From Priapulus caudatus (lineage: Eukaryota): 64,000 bases of DNA. Of this stretch, positions 57,056-64,000 are shown piece by piece. The translations under genes and the position numbers were made by a program. Numbering within the stretch: the first letter of the stretch is position 1; the number at the start of each line of letters is the position of its first letter. The stretch is from assembly GCF_000485595.1 (NCBI RefSeq), contig NW_014577076.1, positions 471,674 to 535,673 on the forward strand. Reading direction: 5' to 3'. Under the pieces are notes generated by a model that worked only from the letters and a program-made list of their open reading frames with translations, did not search any database and was not told the origin of the DNA.

Positions 57056-58073
57056 CGTTCTTTTGCAAATTTTCTGGGGACGCAATAAAGGTATAACCCT
57101 AAAATAACACTATTTTAAGAACATTGTTTTATATCCTTACAGATTACAATAAGAATATTGTGAAAACATTTACTATATAAACCAATAATTAACTTGAATA
57201 TCACTATTAGACGAGCTGTTCAGTAAGTACTGTAAAATTGTATATTACTACTAGGAACAATATTTTCAGTTGAACACATTACATTGCTTTATGTTAACGG
57301 TAACATACTGTCACATTTTTAAAAGCATCAAAAGCATATATATATAAGATCAAGCACTCATAAAAATTTATCTTTATAACTGATCTTTTCAAAATGCATA
57401 AACTATCAAAACATTTTACACACTGAACAAGCTCACTATGTGGTGTGCAAGGCTATCACTAGGTAGACATATGAGGTTAGGGGACAGAAGATGTGCAACC
57501 TTTAGGATTTTATAAAGAAGCAATTTAACAATCATCAGCACAACAGTAATTCCACAGCCTTTTTATGGGGTTAAAGATTCAGAAATGTGCCTAGCGGGAT
57601 TAACCTGCCATTTGACAGTTTGCATACGACTATCTAATCCATACTGCATTATTAGCTAAAGCAAAGGCACGACAGAAAATCTCACAAAATTTTAGAGATT
57701 TGAGAGTAAATAATAAATATAATAACTTTCCTGATCATTATTGTAACAACTATTTGCCTCCGAATTCTAAAGCTAAATTAGCTCCATATGTTAAACCATT
57801 GGTACTACAGAGGTTTACAAGTAACCACATTATTAAATCACCATATATGAATATCATCGACATCTCCTAATAACAATTACGAATTTGCAACAAATGTTCA
57901 TGCTTATTTCACCTCACATTCACCAGTAATTACTATGATGACTTGAAAGTTTTGGCATCCATGTCTTTTTTAGTCGTTTCATTCGTAAATACGTTTAATA
58001 TTCAACATTTTCACTAGGGCTGTAACGAATACACTAGGTTACGAATACGATACGTATCACGATATATATGCAT

Positions 58074-58884
58074 CAGGAGTAGATAATAGGGAGGAGTGTG
58101 ACATCAATAAACAAGGGAAATTCGTCATTTACTAGCCTTATAATACCTACGATTTACTACGCGTAACTCATCCAACTTGAGCTCAAATCGGACACAGTAC
58201 ATTCGCCAATCATCGTGCGAAATCGTTTCCTCGTAGACACCCGCAATCCGGAGATACAGCCTAAAACGTATGACACGATTCTCCATTCTTTGGCCATCAA
58301 TCCAGCCCATTGCGCGCCTATAATTCAGACAAAAGGCAGCAACACTGCCGCGCAGTCGCTGTGTTTGCTCTCTCGGATAGCTGAATGTGGCGTTGTGGCT
58401 CGCGGGGAGATTGGAGATCGACGCAACACTCGACGAGCTAATCATGCGGTTGGCGTGCGTGCGTGAAGGCATGCCAGCTATGTACAAAGGTGGCCTGTGT
58501 AGCTGTGTACCGGGTCAAAGGTTATCTCGCCGAGTGTTGATGCCTAATCTCCCCGCGAGCCACAACGCCACATTCAGCTATCCGAGAGAGCAAACACAGC
58601 GACTGCGCGGCAGTGTTGCTGCCTTTTGTCTGAATTATAGGCGCGCAATGGGCTGGATTGATGGCCAAAGAATGGAGAATCGTGTCATACGTTTTAGGCT
58701 GTATCTCCGGATTGCGGGTGTCTACGAGGAAACGATTTCGCACGATGATTGGCGAATGTACTGTGTCCGATTTGAGCTCAAGTTGGATGAGTTACGCGTA
58801 GTAAATCGTAGGTATTATAAGGCTAGTAAATGACGAATTTCCCTTGTTTATTGATGTCACACTCCTCCCTATTATCTACTCCTG
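58074..58884. mobile_element. 811-bp foldback element with 339-bp inverted arms
   Basis: Arms 58074-58412 and 58546-58884; the ORF track shows identical peptides on opposite strands. Ends CAGGAGTAGATAAT and ATTATCTACTCCTG. Perfect 8-bp TSD ATATGCAT (58066-58073, 58885-58892). Confidence 0.95.
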
Positions 58885-59438
58885 ATATGCATGCAAATAC
58901 GAATATTTCACGAATACGAATACTCACTTGTTGAAGCTGTAAACACTACCAAGGAATAAAAGATATATAAATATATTAATGAACAAATTTGCTTTATGTT
59001 AACGATAGAATGGCGCGCAATCATGCCCTGGCTCCTAGGGTGTTTTAGCAGACGTATTTGAGCAGACTCACATAAAAATGCATATATGTGTGTGTGCGTA
59101 CGTGTGTTTGCGTGCGCGCACGCACGCGTGCGTGCGTCCGCTATGCCTCCAGACAACTTTCGTCCGTTAACGAACAACTTTTAGCAGACGTTCTAGCGCG
59201 CAACGCGCTCGCGATCGATCGAGCCCCGCGTACTTCAATCAAAGGCGCCGCTGCCACGCACATGGCTGGAAAAACACGGCATGGCTGTGTCAGATTTTCG
59301 TGACATCACTGTACACGTGTATATCCCGTCAACAAGAAAACCACGGTATTGAGCTGGTTACGGTATAATAATTCTAAAATATTACACCGTAATAATATCG
59401 CAATACCGGTATACCGCTGCAACCCTAGTTACGTATCC

Positions 59439-59523
59439 GTCCCTTCTCACACGCTCGATATGGGGTGAGTTACATGTGATAGTAAGATACACGTCCCGGC
59501 CTTCTCGACGTGTGAGAAGGGAC
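59439..59523. repeat. Small inverted repeat / mini-MITE inside the hAT-like element
   Basis: GTCCCTTCTCACACG(C)TCGA ... TCGACGTGTGAGAAGGGAC. Confidence 0.6.
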
Positions 59524-62110
59524 AGGTACCAGTCTAGGTCCGTTCACGGGGAAAGCTGCAAACGACATTGAGAATTCGAGCAAATCGGCATAGAATTGCA
59601 GTTTAAAAAAGATTTTTTCAAGTAGACCTGTTCCATTTATATTATTTGTATTCGTCAGTACTCGAATAATGATGACGCGAATAACGAATACGTATCGTCC
59701 AACAACAATATTTGGTGCACCGAATACGCGAGTGTATCGTTACAGCCCTAATTTTCACTGTGCATAGCGCATTTTAATTAACTGTTTCGGTGTGGGCTAC
59801 TAGCTTAATCATGTTTACTTGCAGCTGCTTATCTGCTTATTATGGTTTGTTATAGTTTTATATTAGGGTTACGTAGGTATTACGGAAGTTATTTTAAAAA
59901 CTCACATAAACATTAACATTAGCTAACTGCACAAAAACACAAAGTCCTACACACACTACCTAAATTGCAAATCCTTATACAATAAATTACTTGAGTTTTC
60001 CCAGTTTAGATCGGTTCAAGGGTGTTTGTTGTAAACATGGCAACTTTCAGTACTATACTATATCAGTATATGTCTTTCAGTTCGCATATATATATATATG
60101 TATACAAGATATACTTTTCACGATACAATATATGATATGTACAGGGAAAACTACTTGGCAAATAATACACTTAACTGGTATTCTACCAATCATGTAAATG
60201 CTTACAAATCAGTATTGTAGCGCACTTAGTAAACAAATGCTATTGAACGTACTCAAAATTGTGTCTTGTTTTCTGATGGAACTATTCTACCAAATTATAT
60301 TAATTTTATTCATCCCATCCCTAGTTGCTACATATGTAGTACTAGTAGTAATTGCCCTGTAGTCCTGTACAGTGGTCTTTGCTTTGTAAGGTCTCAGATA
60401 AATATGCACATTATATAATCGAAATATGCCTTTGAACAAAAATCCAAACGCACGTTATTTAAAGAGGACGTTGGATAAAGGGGACAGGTCCTGATATAAA
60501 CAGGGAAATTTCTGAAGAGAAATTGCCTTCTTTCTAAAGTGAATGCCCTTAAAAATATTAGTTTGAGAAACCAATCTGCAGATTAGGCAACCCCTGTTAC
60601 ATATTTTATCAGCTATCAAGCATTAGTAAATAATTCAACTGATTGATTGGGGTATTTGGCATAGTGGTTAAGGAATGTGATGATTCTCTTAAATAATTTG
60701 CTAAATATTAGAAAACTTCCAAGTTTTGGCAAGGTAAGAGGGCTCTGTAGTTATAGAAACTTGAAATTGGTAGGCTATAAAATGTTATATCGTGAGAAAG
60801 AGTTCCTATACATCTTCTTTCTTGACTGTCTGGTATCTTGGTTAAGGCATATATGATGATTATGTGAAATAATTTAATAAATATTATTGAAATTCCTAGT
60901 TTGAAAAAAGGTAAGGGGTTGCACCTTGGAGTAATCATTCAGAATAATTACTCCAAGGTTGCACAAACTTGAAGTTGATAGGTTTTCACAGGTTATGACA
61001 TTAGAAAAAAGTTCCTATATATTTTATCTTGGGTGTGCTTGGCACTTTGGTTATGAAATTAAATGGGTGTTATTTTTAAATAGCAGTTTCAGCAATAAGC
61101 AATAGAATGTTTTCAGCATGGCCAATCTTGAGATTGCTCAGCCAAACTGGGAGATTTGCAGTTTGCACAGCTTGAACTTAACATTGTGCAATTTCAAAGT
61201 TAAATTACAATATGTACAGGTGAATCAGGTACAATTTGAATTACAACATGGATATTTTTCCGAGCATCGGAAACGCATTTAGTCACAATATTATTTTGAG
61301 CGGTTGTTGTAGCAGTTGTTTTGCCAAATGTCGCCGGAAAGCACCGGTCTTGGCCGAAATGGTCTGCAGCATCAAAACATTTTTCTGTTGTAAATTGTGC
61401 TCGTATTGCCAAGTAGGCAGAGTTAAAGTGAAAGATTCCAATGCTCAGAAGAATATCCATGTCTTTCGAATTAAGCTTGCAAGTTGTAGTTGCATGCAGT
61501 GTGCGACCAGAAACGTGTTCACCCCTTAATCGACCTGCATCTAAACAGAGGAATTGCTCCGACTTGTAATTGGAGGATAAAAAAAGAATTCATGACGTTT
61601 CGTTTTCATTTTGGCATTTAGCCCATGACTCGAGTATGAGCGATACCGCACGTACAAATTTGCCAATTAATTAAGCTAATCACCTTTCAATAAACTCAAA
61701 ACTCACAGGGATCATAGCTAAGACATGTGTCTATGATAGCTAGAATTTATAGCAATGTAACTCAAATCGTTTGCACCATATGATAGTTAGTACACTTTCC
61801 TACCGGTCATAGCCGCGCATTAGCCTATGAGCGATACCGCGCGTGCATATTTGCTAATTAATTAAACTAATCGCGCTTCAATAGACTCAAAATTCACAGA
61901 GATTAAGGATAAGTCATGTGTCTATAATTAATAGCTAGAATTTATAGAAATGTAACTCAAATCGTTCGCGCCATATGATAGTTGGAAGTGACTATTGGCC
62001 CGACGGTCAGGCGAATAAGAAACCGTTTTCTATAGACCCGACGGTCGGGCAAATAAACCAAGGCTAGCTATTCGCCCGGCAGCGAATATTTTTTTCGTAC
62101 GCGTAAGAGC

Positions 62111-62192
62111 CACTGATCTCTATAATATCAGGAGTAAGATAATATATATTATCTTACTCCTGATAATATTATAAATATTATAGAGATCAGTG
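62111..62192. mobile_element. Tiny palindromic element containing a still smaller 34-bp palindrome (62129-62162)
   Basis: Outer CACTGATCTCTATAATAT..ATATTATAGAGATCAGTG with flanks GTAAGAGC/GTAAGAGT. Inner CAGGAGTAAGATAATAT|ATATTATCTTACTCCTG flanked by ATAATAT on both sides. Confidence 0.7.
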
Positions 62193-62479
62193 GTAAGAGT
62201 AAATACATGCGCGTGGAGTCATATACATAGCACATCCAAAATTCTCAAATACAATATGTCGTAATAGCGTAGCGTGTACAGCGCAAGCATCCACTATGAA
62301 AGGTCGGTGGATCGAATCCCATCTGTTTTCTAATTATTTTCCTGTTTTCTGTATTTTTCTATCTTTATCTGTTTAACATTTTCTTCCAATTAACGCAAAT
62401 ACTTACATGATTTATTTACAACATTTTAATAACAACAATTAAAAATTTTATTTTTTATATATTTTTTTAAATAGGGATT

Positions 62480-62530
62480 GGGTTAGGGTTAGGGTTACTG
62501 GTTAGGGTTAGGGTTAGGGTTAGGGTTAGG
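62480..62530 (+). repeat. Short interstitial (TTAGGG)n tract inside the 9-bp-TSD element
   Basis: About 7 TTAGGG-like units with one interruption. Confidence 0.9.
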
Positions 62531-64000
62531 ATTTGGCTTACGCGTACGAAAAAAATATGTGCCGCCCGGCAGCGTCTATTTTGCAACAACTGCAGCAATA
62601 ATTGCAATTATAGTAATATTATATGTTATATTAATGAGTAAAATATGTTTTTTATGGAAAATACATCAGAAAACTTATACTTATCTAGCTATTAGGGTTA
62701 GGGCACTTTTTAGGGTTTTTGCATCATTCTTTAATACCGGTATATCGTAAAATATATGTTAAAATTAGAAGTGCCTAGTAAACATATCCTACCACCCCTT
62801 TCAGCCGGCTGCGTTTTCTTCAGTCAAAGCAAATCGAAGCAGCCAATCAGAAGGCGCTAAATCCTTCAGTGTGGGAAAAAAAAATTTGCGGTCGGGCGAA
62901 TAGCCAGAATTCCCTATTCAGCTATTGGCCCGACGGTCGGACGAATAGAAAGAATACCCTATTGGCCCGACGGTCGGGCGAATAGCCTCGGCCATGATAG
63001 TTAGTACCGTACACTTTCCTACCGGTCATAGCATTAGCGTATGCGGCGTGGTATGCAAAATGAAAACAAAACGTCACGAATTCTATTTCTATCCTCCAAT
63101 CACAGGTCGGAGAAATTCCTGTTTAGACACATGTTGTTTAATCGGGGCAGCACTTTATTCTGACATTTTAACCGTTTCCGACCTATCCCAATAAGACGGA
63201 GACCACTCTACTGTAGTCTAGACTATAGTCGAGTTGTAACAAAGCACTGAGATTGATATATGATCTTACTGTAAAATCTGATTCACTGTCACCGATTCAA
63301 TCAATCCCACTCGAGCTCAGTCTCCGAGTAGACAGACTCTTAGCTCTAGTAGTAGTACTATAGTACTACTACTAGCTAACAGACTCTGAGACTGTGTGCA
63401 GTGTGTGAACAGATTGGAACGGACTAATTATTTAACCAGCATACACCCGCTACGTTTTTAGTAAATACTATCGACTAGTATAAAGAAATAAGCAATAAGT
63501 TAAGTAGGGCGTCATATTCTACCTCCAGTAGTAATCCAATCAATGTGTAAATCAAATTTCAATGATGTTAGTAACTGTGTAACAACACTTTATACCGTTA
63601 AATATGGCGAGTGTATTTGGTAGGTACGTCACGATTACAAACCGCAATTACGATTGGTCCATGTTTGCTCCAGCTGCCCAAACCTACCCAATGAACAACG
63701 GTTATTCGTGCAATTTCTACTTCCGTATCTAATTCGCCACTTGTCGGTTTTGGCGTGGCAATCAACAATTCGTCGTCCTCGTTCAGCTATCATAATCATA
63801 TCATGGTTTTTAAGCGGTCTGTTTCTATTGCCGTCAGCAGAAGGAAAGCTATCGAGAAACTGTGGCATCAATGTCACCTGGAGAGTGTCAAAAAAGTCAT
63901 TTTCTCGTTCGATCCATTTAGGCCAAACGTAAAATCATGCAGGTACCTGAAACCTAGCTCTACTCTAGTACTATAGCCGCTTACATTAACTGCCGCTGGG

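Larger units (their letters stand above)
58015..59750. mobile_element. Non-autonomous hAT-like element (outer host of nested insertions)
   Basis: TIRs TAGGGCTGTAACGA(A)TACACT and AGTGTATCGTTACAGCCCTA. Perfect 8-bp TSD ATTTTCAC (58007-58014, 59751-59758). Subterminal ACGAAT repeats. Confidence 0.9.
61984..62993. mobile_element. 1010-bp non-autonomous element with GG..CC ends and 9-bp TSD (Merlin- or Mutator-like)
   Basis: Perfect TSD ATGATAGTT (61975-61983, 62994-63002). Repeated terminal motif CTATTGGCCCGACGGTCGGGCGAATA. The host repeat unit resumes after the insertion. Confidence 0.85.
61522..63147. mobile_element. Older MITE with ~90-bp diverged TIRs and internal ~190-bp tandem units (ends approximate)
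   Basis: 61522-61613 is an imperfect reverse complement of 63056-63147. Unit TATGAGCGATACCGC starts at ~61635 and ~61826, and the second unit is split by an insertion. Confidence 0.7.

Noticed and set aside
58125..58833. Identical peptides on opposite strands
   Set aside because: A consequence of the inverted arms. No transposase or other motif recognised.
60715..61055. Two degenerate direct repeats
   Set aside because: Probably an ancient repeat remnant. No termini could be defined.
62480..62530. TTAGGG as a telomere or fusion relic
   Set aside because: Short and enclosed in a TSD-flanked transposon.

Overview
AT-rich, repeat-rich eukaryotic DNA, most likely an invertebrate animal, with two N-gaps. 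Almost the whole window is the 5' half of one minus-strand gene: a LAMMER-family dual-specificity kinase (CLK / Drosophila Doa homologue). Five coding exons with canonical GT-AG sites and matching phases join to 683 nt: 57055-56868, 54086-53876, 23777-23681, 22427-22361, 5455-5336. They encode an RS/His-rich N-terminus, then EDDEEGHL, GEGTFG, ALK and the alphaC Glu. I could not find the remaining kinase exons, which probably lie left of position 1. The introns hold a dead Buster-type hAT transposon with perfect TIRs and TSD, several Helentron-associated (HINE/DINE-1-like) elements (one with a ~146-bp satellite array), two nested stacks of MITE/foldback elements, and microsatellites. Positions 1-14 kb contain indel-rich duplicated sequence that looks partly like uncorrected long-read gap fill. 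I found no clearly new multi-gene system. The best leads are the frame-shifting CLK exon-4-type cassette, candidate alternative N-termini, a 339-bp hairpin upstream of the start exon, and a transposon-borne array of nuclear-receptor-like sites.
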